From positions 18,605 through 82,604 of the forward strand of contig WHUE01000004.1 in the NCBI GenBank assembly GCA_009377375.1: a stretch of 64,000 nucleotides of DNA, read 5' to 3'. The translations under genes were made by a program, and so were the position numbers. The DNA comes from Alphaproteobacteria bacterium (lineage in GTDB: Bacteria; Pseudomonadota; Alphaproteobacteria; MPNO01; UBA2964). The first letter of the stretch is position 1. Each line of letters starts with the position of its first letter. Below the pieces are notes generated by a model. The model searched no databases. It was not told the DNA's origin and saw only the letters and a program-made list of their open reading frames with translations. This document shows positions 55,815 to 64,000 of this stretch, piece after piece.

Positions 55815-58343
55815 TCAGGTGGCCAGGCGGGCCGGCCGGGAATCGAGGCTGGCGCGGACCTTGCGCGCCAGGGCGTCCCGGGCGAAGGGTTTCGGCAGGA
55901 AGTCCAGCCCTTCCGCCAGCCGGCCCTGGTGGACGATGATGCTTTCGGCGTAGCCGGACATGAAGACCGTCCCGATGTCGGGAAATATCTTCTGGACCTT
56001 TTCCGCGATTTCGCGGCCGTTCATGCCGTTGGGCAGGACGACGTCGGTCAGGAGAAGGTCGACGCGGCCGCGCTCCCGAAGGCCGCGCAGCGCCGACGGC
56101 CCGTCGGGCGCCAGCACGACCGTGTAGCCCAGCAATTCCAGCGCCGCGGCCACGAATTCGGCCACGTCCACGTCGTCCTCGACGACCAGGATGGTCTCGG
56201 TGCCGGTCGGGACTTCCCCTGACAGCGCATCGGGCGCATCCGCCTCCTCGGGGTCCGCGCCCGCCGCGCGCGGCAGGAAGAGCCTGACGGTGGTGCCGTG
56301 GCCGAGCTCGCTGTAGATGCTGACATGGCCGCCCGACTGCTTGGCGAAGCCGTAGACCATGCTGAGCCCGAGCCCGGTTCCCTCGCCCTGGGGCTTGGTC
56401 GTGTAGAACGGCTCGAACACGCGCCGCAGCGCCTCGGGCGCGATGCCGACGCCGGTGTCGCTCACCGAGATCATGACATGGGGCCCGGGCGCGACCTCCG
56501 GATTGCGCGCCGAATGATTGTCGTCCAACGTCATGTTGGCCGATTCGATGGTGAGCTTGCCGCCGCCGGGCATGGCGTCGCGCGCGTTGATCGCCAGGTT
56601 CAGGAGCGCGTTCTCGAGCTGGCTCGGGTCGACGAGCGCGGGCCACGCGTTCTCCGACATGTAGATCTCGATGCCGATCTCCGCGCCGAGCGTGCGTTGC
56701 AGCAGGACCCTGCAGTCCGCGACCAGGCGGTTCACATCGGTGCTGACCGGGGCCATGGGCTGGCGGCGCGAAAACGCCAGAAGCCGGTGGGTGAGCTCGC
56801 TGCTGCGCACGGCCGCGCGCACCGCCGTATCCAGATAGCCGAGCGCGACCCTGTCCCTGCCGATCAGGGCCCTGAGGAACTCGAGATTCCCCATGATGGC
56901 GGTCAGCATGTTGTTGAAGTCGTGCGCCACGCCGCCGGTCAGCTGACCGATCGCTTCCATCTTCTGGGACTGGCGGAGCTTCTCCTCGGCCTCGCGGGCG
57001 CTGGTGACGTCGGTCAGGATCCCGCCGACGAAAACGGTATCGTCGTCGGCGAAGCGCACGGGAAAATCGGTCGCCGCGATCCGGCGCACCGCACCGTCGG
57101 GGAACGTCGCCTCGATCTCGCGCATGAGCACGTCGCCGGTCGCCGCCACCCGCCGATCCTGCTCCGCCGTCTCGCGGCCGGCATCCTCGCCGAACAGGTC
57201 GGAAACCGTTTTTCCCAGAATCTCCTCCGCCGGCAGGCCATACCATTCCTGCACCTTCCGGTTCGCGATCAGGTGGCGGCCCTCCCGGTCCCTGAGCACG
57301 ATGCCCGACGGGGAATGGTCGATGATGGCCTGGAACTGGACCTGGCTCCTGTGCAGCGCGGCGCCGGCCCTGTCGCGCTCCGCGGCGGTCTCGGCGTGCT
57401 CGCGGCCCGACCTGGTGATCCACGCCCCCGCGAGCCCGAGCAGGAGCGCCATCCCGCCGGCCGATCCGCTCACCGTTACGAGTTCGGTATACCAGGAGGA
57501 AAACGCGTCCCGTTCGGCCACCGACACCGTGACGACAAGGGCGGAGCCCGGCAGCGCCCGCCAGGCCGTGAGATAGGAATCGCTGCCGGTTCCGAAAGGA
57601 GCGCGCAGGAAGCCGTGGCCGGACCCGTTCCGCGACGCGACCGGGATCAGGGTCCTGCCGGCCGCGTCTTCCCGCGAACGCGCCGCGTGGGGCTGGCTGA
57701 ACAGGAGGTTGCCGTCGGCGTGGAACAGGCGGATGACCCCGTGCGCGCCCACGTCGATCGCTTCGTAGAAGCCGCGCAGCCGTTCGGGCTGGAACGTCGC
57801 CGCGATGAAGCCGATGAAATTCCCCTCTGCGTCGTGCAGCGCCCGGCCGATCGGGATGCGCACGCCGCCGATATGCTCGGCCGGCGCGGCGGGACCGATG
57901 ACGAGCCTGCTGCTCCGCTCGTCCTTCAGCCGCCGGTGGAGATAGCGGCCGCGGCGCGACGTGCCGGTGACGGCCGGGTTGGTGGACAGGACGACGAGCC
58001 CCTCGGCGTCGAGAAGGTTCAGCGATCCGATTCCCGAAAGACCGGACAGGGTGGCCGCGAGCACCGCCGACCACTCTTCGCGCGGCGCCTGGGGGCCGCC
58101 GATGCGGTCGCTCCGCACGGCGAGCTGGCTGACGGCGGATTCGAGGGCGCCGAACGTGCGGTCGAGATGCTCCGCCAGCACATGCGCCAGATTCTCCGCG
58201 CGCCGCTGCTCGGCCGCGAGGGTCCGGTCGTGTTCCCACCACAACAGGCCGGCCCGCGCCGCGATGAAAACGAGGAACACGCCGGCGAGCGCGAGAAAGA
58301 CCTTGCTGCGCAGGAATCCGGTTCTTGAATGCAAGGTGGTCAC
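55815..58343 (-). CDS. hybrid sensor kinase (Cache-like periplasmic, PAS, HisKA, HATPase, REC)
   Basis: QSQKMEAIGQLTGGVAHDFNN, NLAINARDAM, FEPFYTTK, ILVVEDD, LLTDVVLP. Confidence 0.93.
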   Translation of the reverse strand: MTTLHSRTGFLRSKVFLALAGVFLVFIAARAGLLWWEHDRTLAAEQRRAENLAHVLAEHLDRTFGALESAVSQLAVRSDRIGGPQAPREEWSAVLAATLSGLSGIGSLNLLDAEGLVVLSTNPAVTGTSRRGRYLHRRLKDERSSRLVIGPAAPAEHIGGVRIPIGRALHDAEGNFIGFIAATFQPERLRGFYEAIDVGAHGVIRLFHADGNLLFSQPHAARSREDAAGRTLIPVASRNGSGHGFLRAPFGTGSDSYLTAWRALPGSALVVTVSVAERDAFSSWYTELVTVSGSAGGMALLLGLAGAWITRSGREHAETAAERDRAGAALHRSQVQFQAIIDHSPSGIVLRDREGRHLIANRKVQEWYGLPAEEILGKTVSDLFGEDAGRETAEQDRRVAATGDVLMREIEATFPDGAVRRIAATDFPVRFADDDTVFVGGILTDVTSAREAEEKLRQSQKMEAIGQLTGGVAHDFNNMLTAIMGNLEFLRALIGRDRVALGYLDTAVRAAVRSSELTHRLLAFSRRQPMAPVSTDVNRLVADCRVLLQRTLGAEIGIEIYMSENAWPALVDPSQLENALLNLAINARDAMPGGGKLTIESANMTLDDNHSARNPEVAPGPHVMISVSDTGVGIAPEALRRVFEPFYTTKPQGEGTGLGLSMVYGFAKQSGGHVSIYSELGHGTTVRLFLPRAAGADPEEADAPDALSGEVPTGTETILVVEDDVDVAEFVAAALELLGYTVVLAPDGPSALRGLRERGRVDLLLTDVVLPNGMNGREIAEKVQKIFPDIGTVFMSGYAESIIVHQGRLAEGLDFLPKPFARDALARKVRASLDSRPARLAT

Positions 58344-58485
58344 GCCACCCCCTCTTCCCGTGCTGCACGGCTTTCGGCTCTAGCCGAGTGGCGCTGCATC
58401 GGCGCCAAGTCTTTTTCCGTCAAGGGTCCAACAGAAATGTTGCCGTACCCTTAACGTCGCCATCCCCGCATCCGGGCGGTACCTG

Positions 58486-58547
58486 TCAATGACACCGAAA
58501 TGCCGATTAATGACACCGAAATGCCGATCAATGACACCGAAATGCCG
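58486..58547. repeat. three tandem 21-bp direct repeats
   Basis: T(C/T)AATGACACCGAAATGCCGA at 58486, 58507, 58528 (third lacks last base). Confidence 0.95.
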
Positions 58548-58648
58548 CCGCTTCGCGCGGAGGCGTTAATCCTTTGTTTACAGTTTCGGCGGTACCAGAA
58601 TCGCACGGGGGACGATGGCGGCATTTATGCCGCCAGCACGGCTTGTGT

Positions 58649-59062
58649 ATGAGGGCGCCGATGATCGAGTCCCCCCCGGGCAGCCGCCCGCGGATTCTCC
58701 TGGTGGACGACGCGGTGCAGGACCGCGCCCTGGGCGTGCGGATTCTGACGCGGCTGGGCTACGAGGTGGCCACGGCGGCTTCGGCGGAGGCGGGCATCAC
58801 GCGGCTGGCGGGCGAGCCGTTCGACCTGGTGCTGATGGACCTGTTCATGCCGGGGCTCGACGGCGCGGAGGCCACCCGCCGCATCCGCGCGATGAACGGC
58901 CGGGCGGCATCGGTGCCGGTGATCGGGCTCAGCGGCTCGATCCTGCCGTCGGACCGCCGGCACTGCATCGAAAGCGGCATGACCGACTTCCTGTCCAAGC
59001 CGTTCGCCCCGGCCGAGATCGCCCCGCGCCTGCTCAACTGGATCGACGGCCGCACCGGCTGA
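58649..59062 (+). CDS. single-domain response regulator
   Basis: ILLVDD, FDLVLMDLFMPGLDG, FLSKPF. Confidence 0.9.
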   Translation: MRAPMIESPPGSRPRILLVDDAVQDRALGVRILTRLGYEVATAASAEAGITRLAGEPFDLVLMDLFMPGLDGAEATRRIRAMNGRAASVPVIGLSGSILPSDRRHCIESGMTDFLSKPFAPAEIAPRLLNWIDGRTG

Positions 59063-59124
59063 CCCGGCCGCCCGCGCCGCCGATTTTCAGCCGGCCGCTT
59101 GTGGCGCGGCGCGGCACATGTCAT

Positions 59125-59826
59125 ATGGCTGCAATGCTCGACATCGACCTGCAGATCGCCATCCCCCTGCTCGCCGCGCTGGCGGCCGGCAGCCTGATCG
59201 GGCTGGAGCGCACCTATCACGGCCGGCCCGCCGGGTTCCGCACCCATGCGCTGGTCTGTCTCGCCTCCGCCCTGCTGATGCAGGTCACGACGCACCAGTC
59301 GCAATGGCTGACCGGGGTGCCGCTGGAGGCCGTCCGGCTGGACCCCACCCGGATGGCGCAGGGCATCATGACCGGCATCGGCTTTCTCGGCGCCGGGGTG
59401 ATCTTCAAGGAAGGCCTGACCGTGCGCGGGCTGACCACCGCGGCCTCGATCTGGATCACCGCCGCGCTGGGCGTGCTGTACGGCATCGGGTTCTATTTCC
59501 CCGCGGTGCTCGCCACCATCTACGTTCTGGGCACGCTGGCGCTGTTCCGCTGGTTCGAGCACCTGCTACCGACGCAGAACTACGTGGCGATCGCGCTGCG
59601 CTTCGCCCGCGACCGCGCGCCCGACGAATCCGACATCCGCAGCCTGCTGGAGCAGGCCGGCTTCAAGGTCACGGGGATGACCTACCGGCTGGAGGAAGCC
59701 GGCAGCGCGTTCCAGTACGACACCATCGGCATGACGCTCAACCGCGACGACCCCGGCCGGCTGGCCGAGACGCTGCGCGGGCGCGGCGATCTGCTCTCCT
59801 TCAGCATTTCGCCCGCCGGGGACTGA
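59125..59826 (+). CDS. MgtC/SapB-family membrane protein
   Basis: IGLER, PAGFRTHALV, DPTRMAQGIMTGIGFLGAG, GLTTAASIW. Confidence 0.93.
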   Translation: MAAMLDIDLQIAIPLLAALAAGSLIGLERTYHGRPAGFRTHALVCLASALLMQVTTHQSQWLTGVPLEAVRLDPTRMAQGIMTGIGFLGAGVIFKEGLTVRGLTTAASIWITAALGVLYGIGFYFPAVLATIYVLGTLALFRWFEHLLPTQNYVAIALRFARDRAPDESDIRSLLEQAGFKVTGMTYRLEEAGSAFQYDTIGMTLNRDDPGRLAETLRGRGDLLSFSISPAGD

Positions 59827-59909
59827 CGCCCGATCCGGAAGGCCGCGCCGGCGGAGCGGACTGGAAAGCGGGTATTTGCCCCGCCGCCCCCGATCCCCAT
59901 ATTGAGGGA

Positions 59910-60422
59910 ATGATGAGGCACCCGCTCATGGCCGCCGCGCTTGCGCTCGCCCTTTCCGGCTGCGCGTCGCCGACGCCGTACCAGCCCTCCGCGACGGGCG
60001 GGGGCTATGGCTATTCCGAGCAGCGGATCGAGGACGACCGGTTCCGCGTCTCGTTCTCCGGCAACTCGGCGACCGAGCGCCAGACGGTGAAGAACTACCT
60101 GCTTTACCGCGCCGCGGAGCTGACCCTGGCCCAGGGCGGCGACTATTTCGTCGTCACGGCGCGGAGCGATACCCCCGATTACGGCGCCGCCGGCCCCAGC
60201 ACCAGCGTCGGCACCGGCGTCGGGATCGGCAGCGGCGGCATGAGCTCCGGCTGGTCGATCGGGATGGGCGTGCCGGTAGGCGGCTACGGAGGCGGCCCCA
60301 GCGAGGCCAGCGCCGAGATCGTCGTCCACCGCGGGAAGAAGCCCGCGGGCGCGGCCGAGGCCTATGACGCTCGCGTGGTGAAGGGAAACCTCGCCCCGCA
60401 CGTGCGCCGGCCGGCGCCGTAG
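59910..60422 (+). CDS. CC0125/CC1285-like lipoprotein, paralog 1
   Basis: LSGC lipobox, PTPYQP, RFRVSFSGNS, YLLYRAAELTL. Confidence 0.8.
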   Translation: MMRHPLMAAALALALSGCASPTPYQPSATGGGYGYSEQRIEDDRFRVSFSGNSATERQTVKNYLLYRAAELTLAQGGDYFVVTARSDTPDYGAAGPSTSVGTGVGIGSGGMSSGWSIGMGVPVGGYGGGPSEASAEIVVHRGKKPAGAAEAYDARVVKGNLAPHVRRPAP

Positions 60423-60461
60423 CCGCTTTGCGCGGGGCAGCCCGCTTCCCATATTGAGGGT

Positions 60462-60983
60462 ATGAACGCGCGACTGCTTGCCGTTGTCCTTCCGCTGCTG
60501 GCGCTGGCCGCCTGCGGGACGCCCACGCCCTACGCCCCGGGGAACGGCGGCTACGGCTATGGCGCGCAGCGGGTGGAGGACGGGCGTTTTCGCGTCTCCT
60601 TTTCCGGCAACGCGCTGACGTCGCGGCAGACGGTGGAAAACTACCTGCTCTACCGCGCGGCGGAGGTCACCCTGGCCGAGGGCGGCGACCATTTCGTGAT
60701 CGTGCGCCGCAACACCGAGCCCGATACCACCTGGCTTGTCAGCCCCGGCGGCGGGCCGTGGTATCCCGGCTATTGGGGCCGGCGCCACTGGCATCCCCGA
60801 TACGGTTACGGCTACGGCGCATGGGACGACACCACCGCGCGCCCCGTGACGCGCTACGGCGCGGACGCCGAAATCCTGGTGCGGCGAGGCCCGAAGCCGC
60901 CCGGCGACCCGCTGGCCTTCGACGCCCATTCGGTGATCCGCAACCTCGGCCCCACGATCCGGCGGCTCCTCCCGCCGGCGTGA
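60462..60983 (+). CDS. CC0125/CC1285-like lipoprotein, paralog 2
   Basis: LAAC lipobox, PTPYAP, RFRVSFSGNA, YLLYRAAEVTL. Confidence 0.8.
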   Translation: MNARLLAVVLPLLALAACGTPTPYAPGNGGYGYGAQRVEDGRFRVSFSGNALTSRQTVENYLLYRAAEVTLAEGGDHFVIVRRNTEPDTTWLVSPGGGPWYPGYWGRRHWHPRYGYGYGAWDDTTARPVTRYGADAEILVRRGPKPPGDPLAFDAHSVIRNLGPTIRRLLPPA

Positions 60984-60992
60984 CAGGCGCCC

Positions 60993-61388
60993 TCACCCCC
61001 GCCTGAAGCTGCCGTCCGGCGGCAGGCTGCCGCCGTCGAGCATCGGGCCCAATGGCCGGCCGGCGAAGATGTGGATGTGCAGATGCGGCACTTCCTGATG
61101 CGCGTCGCGGCCGTGATTGGCGAGGATGCGGTAGCCGCCGTCCACGAGACCCAGCGCGCGCGCCGTCTCGCCGACGGCGCGAAGGAACCCGGCCTGCTCG
61201 GCCGCGCCCGCCTGGGCGGAGAAGTCGTCCATCGAGACGTAGCGGCCCTTCGGGATCACCAGCACGTGCACCGGCGCCTGCGGGTTGATGTCGTGGAACG
61301 CCAGGGCAAAGTCGCTCTCGTAGACCTTTTTGCAGGGCAACTCCCCGCGCAGGATCCTCGCGAACACGTTGCCGTCGTCATAGGCCAT
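60993..61388 (-). CDS. histidine triad (HIT) nucleotide-binding protein
   Basis: NVFARIL, DINPQAPVHVLVIPK, HLHIHI. Confidence 0.93.
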   Translation of the reverse strand: MAYDDGNVFARILRGELPCKKVYESDFALAFHDINPQAPVHVLVIPKGRYVSMDDFSAQAGAAEQAGFLRAVGETARALGLVDGGYRILANHGRDAHQEVPHLHIHIFAGRPLGPMLDGGSLPPDGSFRRG

Positions 61389-61411
61389 GACGCCCTCCCG
61401 GTCTTTCCGCC

Positions 61412-61753
61412 CTAAAGGTCCCGGCCGGCCTTCTCGGCGATGCCGGAGCGGCCCTCGCGTTTTTCCAGTTCGGCCCAGACCTCGGCGGGCGCGACGCCGC
61501 AGGCCGCCCACAGCACGAGCAGATGATAGAGCAGGTCGGCGCTCTCGCGCACCAGCTCCGTCTTTTCGCCGGCGATCGAGGCGATGGCGGCCTCGATCGC
61601 CTCCTCGCCCAGCTTCTGCGCGATCTTGGCACGCCCGTCGGCCAGCAGCTTCGCCGTGTAGGACGTGGACGGATCCATGCCCTTGCGGCTCTCGATCGTC
61701 GCGAACAGGCGGCCCAGCACGGCATTGCCGCCATCGTCCGGTTTATCCGTCAT
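61412..61753 (-). CDS. hisE: phosphoribosyl-ATP pyrophosphatase
   Basis: [23 protein letters not shown]. Confidence 0.95.
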   Translation of the reverse strand: MTDKPDDGGNAVLGRLFATIESRKGMDPSTSYTAKLLADGRAKIAQKLGEEAIEAAIASIAGEKTELVRESADLLYHLLVLWAACGVAPAEVWAELEKREGRSGIAEKAGRDL

Positions 61754-61836
61754 GCCTCACCCCCGGCCTCGTTAACCCTGCTTGTATCGGATCGGGGCGG
61801 CGGTGTCACGGCGGCCCGCGGCCCCGCGGCGGAGGG

Positions 61837-62595
61837 TTACGGGCGGACGGGAATCCCCGCGGCGGCCATGTGCGCCTTCGCCTGGCCGATGGTGAACAGG
61901 CCGAAATGGAAGATCGACGCGGCGAGCACCGCGGTGGCGTGGCCCTCGCGCACGCCGGCCACCATGTGGTCGAGCGTGCCGACCCCGCCGGAGGCGATCA
62001 CCGGCACCCGCACCGCATCGGCGACGGCGCGGGTCAGCGCGATGTCGAAGCCTCCGCGCGTGCCGTCGCGGTCCATCGAGGTCAGCAGGATCTCGCCCGC
62101 TCCGTACCCGGCCATGCGCTGCGCCCAGCGCACCGCGTCCAGCCCGGTCTCCTTGCGCCCGCCATGGGTGAATATCTCCCATGTCCCGGGCCCGGTCGCC
62201 TTGGCGTCGAGCGCGACGACGATGCACTGGGAGCCGAATTTCTCCGCCGCCTCGCGCACGAAATCGGGATTGGCGACGGCGGCGGTGTTGATCGAGACCT
62301 TGTCCGCACCGGCCAGCAGCAGCTTGCGGATGTCGTCCACGCTGCGCACCCCGCCGCCGACGGTCAGCGGCATGAAGCACTGCTCCGCCGTGCGCGCGAC
62401 CACGTCGAACAGCGTGTCGCGGGCATCGACGCTGGCGGTGATGTCGAGGAAGCAGAGCTCGTCCGCCCCGGCCTCGTCGTAGACGCGCGCCTGCTCCACC
62501 GGATCGCCGGCATCGATCAGCTCGACGAAATTGACCCCCTTGACGGTGCGCCCGTCCTTCACGTCCAGACAGGGGATGATGCGCATCTTGAGCAT
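61837..62595 (-). CDS. hisF: imidazole glycerol phosphate synthase cyclase subunit
   Basis: [28 protein letters not shown]. Confidence 0.97.
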   Translation of the reverse strand: MLKMRIIPCLDVKDGRTVKGVNFVELIDAGDPVEQARVYDEAGADELCFLDITASVDARDTLFDVVARTAEQCFMPLTVGGGVRSVDDIRKLLLAGADKVSINTAAVANPDFVREAAEKFGSQCIVVALDAKATGPGTWEIFTHGGRKETGLDAVRWAQRMAGYGAGEILLTSMDRDGTRGGFDIALTRAVADAVRVPVIASGGVGTLDHMVAGVREGHATAVLAASIFHFGLFTIGQAKAHMAAAGIPVRP

Positions 62596-62630
62596 GGATG
62601 AGTGGTCTTTCTCCGGCGCCGCGGCCGTTC

Positions 62631-63362
62631 CTACTTCTTTCCCGCCAGCACCGCCAGGGCCGCCGCCGGGTCGATCCGCCCGTCATACAGCGCGCGGCCG
62701 CAGATCACCCCGTCGATGCCGGCGGATTCCTGGGCCTTCAGCTCCTTCAGGTCGGACAGGGCGGAGACGCCGCCCGACGCGATCACCGGCGTCGTCAGCG
62801 CGAAGGCGAGATCCACCGTGGCCTCGACGTTCACCCCGCCCATCGCGCCGTCGCGGTCGATGTCGGTGTAGATGATCGCCGCGGCGCCCGCGTCCTCGAA
62901 GCGCAGCGCGAGGTCGAGCGCGCGCACGTCGGAGTTCCTCGTCCAGCCCTCGACCGCGACGCGGCCCTCGCGCGCGTCGATGGCGATGGCGACGCGGCCC
63001 TCATGGGCGCGGCAGGCGTCGAGCACGAAATCCGGGTCGGACAGGGCCGCGGTGCCGAGGATCACGCGGCGCACGCCTGAGTCCAGCCAGCGCTCCAGCG
63101 TCTCGCGGTTGCGGATGCCGCCGCCGAGCTGCACCGGGATGTCGATGGCGGCGACCACCGCGGCGACCGCGTCGGCGTTGACCGGCTTGCCTTCCACCGC
63201 GCCGTTCAGATCCACCAGGTGCAGCCACTCGAACCCCGCCTCCTGAAACCGCTTCGCCTGGGCGACGGGGTCGGGGTTGAAGATGGTGGCGCGGTCCATG
63301 TCGCCGCGCAGCAGTCGCACGCAGACCCCGTCCTTCAGGTCGATCGCCGGGTAGAGAATCAT
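62631..63362 (-). CDS. hisA: ProFAR isomerase
   Basis: [35 protein letters not shown]. Confidence 0.96.
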   Translation of the reverse strand: MILYPAIDLKDGVCVRLLRGDMDRATIFNPDPVAQAKRFQEAGFEWLHLVDLNGAVEGKPVNADAVAAVVAAIDIPVQLGGGIRNRETLERWLDSGVRRVILGTAALSDPDFVLDACRAHEGRVAIAIDAREGRVAVEGWTRNSDVRALDLALRFEDAGAAAIIYTDIDRDGAMGGVNVEATVDLAFALTTPVIASGGVSALSDLKELKAQESAGIDGVICGRALYDGRIDPAAALAVLAGKK

Positions 63363-63904
63363 GAGCTGCCCTTGCCGCGGCGCGGGCCGCGGATCGCCTT
63401 GGTGTAATAGTAGCCGGGAATCGTCTTGCCCTTCACCACGGCATAGTGCGGGTTTGTCCCCCAGCGTTCGTAGCCGAGCGTCTCGTACAGCTCGATCGCC
63501 GCCTCCTGGGTCGCGCGCACGTCGAGGTTCACGTACCACGCGCCACGGGCGCGCGCCGCCTTTTCGGCGGCAACGACCAGGTCGCGCGCCATGCCGTGAC
63601 CGCGCGCCCAGGGCGCGACGAAGCTGGTGGTCATGGCGACCACGCGCGCTTGCGCCTCGTTGTTGCGCGGCGGTCGGTGCAGCTGCACCGACCCGCCGAC
63701 GGTGCCGTCCAGCCGGCCGACGAACAGGTCGCGCTCCGGCACCAGCAGCACGCCGCGCCAGTAGCGTTCCATCACCTCGCGCGGCGGCGGCTTGAGCCAG
63801 CCGAACCCGCCGCCGTCGAGGATCGCGACTTCGGCGGCGTCGCACAGATCGGCCAGGTCGCCGTCCGTGATCTCGGTCAGCACCTCGACCTTTATCCTGG
63901 CCAT
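63359..63904 (-). CDS. GNAT-family acetyltransferase within his operon
   Basis: FVAPWARGHGMA, LDVRATQEAAIELYETLGY. Confidence 0.88.
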   Translation of the reverse strand: MARIKVEVLTEITDGDLADLCDAAEVAILDGGGFGWLKPPPREVMERYWRGVLLVPERDLFVGRLDGTVGGSVQLHRPPRNNEAQARVVAMTTSFVAPWARGHGMARDLVVAAEKAARARGAWYVNLDVRATQEAAIELYETLGYERWGTNPHYAVVKGKTIPGYYYTKAIRGPRRGKGSS

Positions 63905-63914
63905 ACCCGTCTCC

Positions 63915-64000
63915 TCATGGCCGCCAGCGCAGGAAATTGCGCAGGATCGCGAGCCCCACCGCCTGGCTCTTCTCCGGGTGGAACTGGGTGCCGACGATAT
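63915..64000 (-). CDS. hisH: imidazole glycerol phosphate synthase glutaminase subunit, C-terminal end
   Basis: IVGTQFHPEKSQAVGLAILRNFLRWRP*. Confidence 0.92.
   Translation of the reverse strand, partial: IVGTQFHPEKSQAVGLAILRNFLRWRP

Noticed and set aside
58486-58547. possible CRISPR array
   Set aside because: Repeats are directly adjacent with no spacers, and no cas genes are present.
63359-63904. GNAT inside the his operon as a novelty
   Set aside because: Extra genes between hisH and hisA are common in alphaproteobacteria; nothing specific to add from sequence.

Overview
GC-rich alphaproteobacterial chromosome segment (Rhodospirillales-like by gene content; taxonomy is inference). Mostly housekeeping blocks: fur-olsB-olsA-miaB-phoH-ybeY-corC-lnt; rpe/rsmB/htpX; nth/dapB/dnaJ/dnaK; grpE-hrcA / rph-rdgB-hemW; lppC / rsmI-yraN-BON-gshB; hisH-GNAT-hisA-hisF-hisE-HIT. 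Accessory or unusual elements: (1) a flavodoxin-fold NAD(P)H:quinone reductase fused to a MenA/UbiA-type prenyltransferase between dnaJ and dapB; (2) a PEP mutase-nucleotidyltransferase fusion with no phosphonopyruvate-consuming enzyme in the window, among scattered glycan genes; (3) a 274-bp MITE-like element with 35-bp terminal inverted repeats whose ends supply the stop codons of two convergent genes; (4) a 5'-truncated comM/yifB preceded by an AT-richer mosaic of gene fragments; (5) a two-domain hypothetical gene split by an in-frame TGA; (6) a frameshift in rsmI producing an apparent RsmI-YraN fusion; (7) a decayed sxtJ-like gene before an intact DUF5989/SxtK-like ORF; (8) regulatory motifs (TetR operator, RpoH- and sigma54-type promoters, 21-bp tandem repeats, CtrA-like boxes). 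No rRNA, tRNA or CRISPR array seen. All family calls are by eye from motifs; no database search was run.
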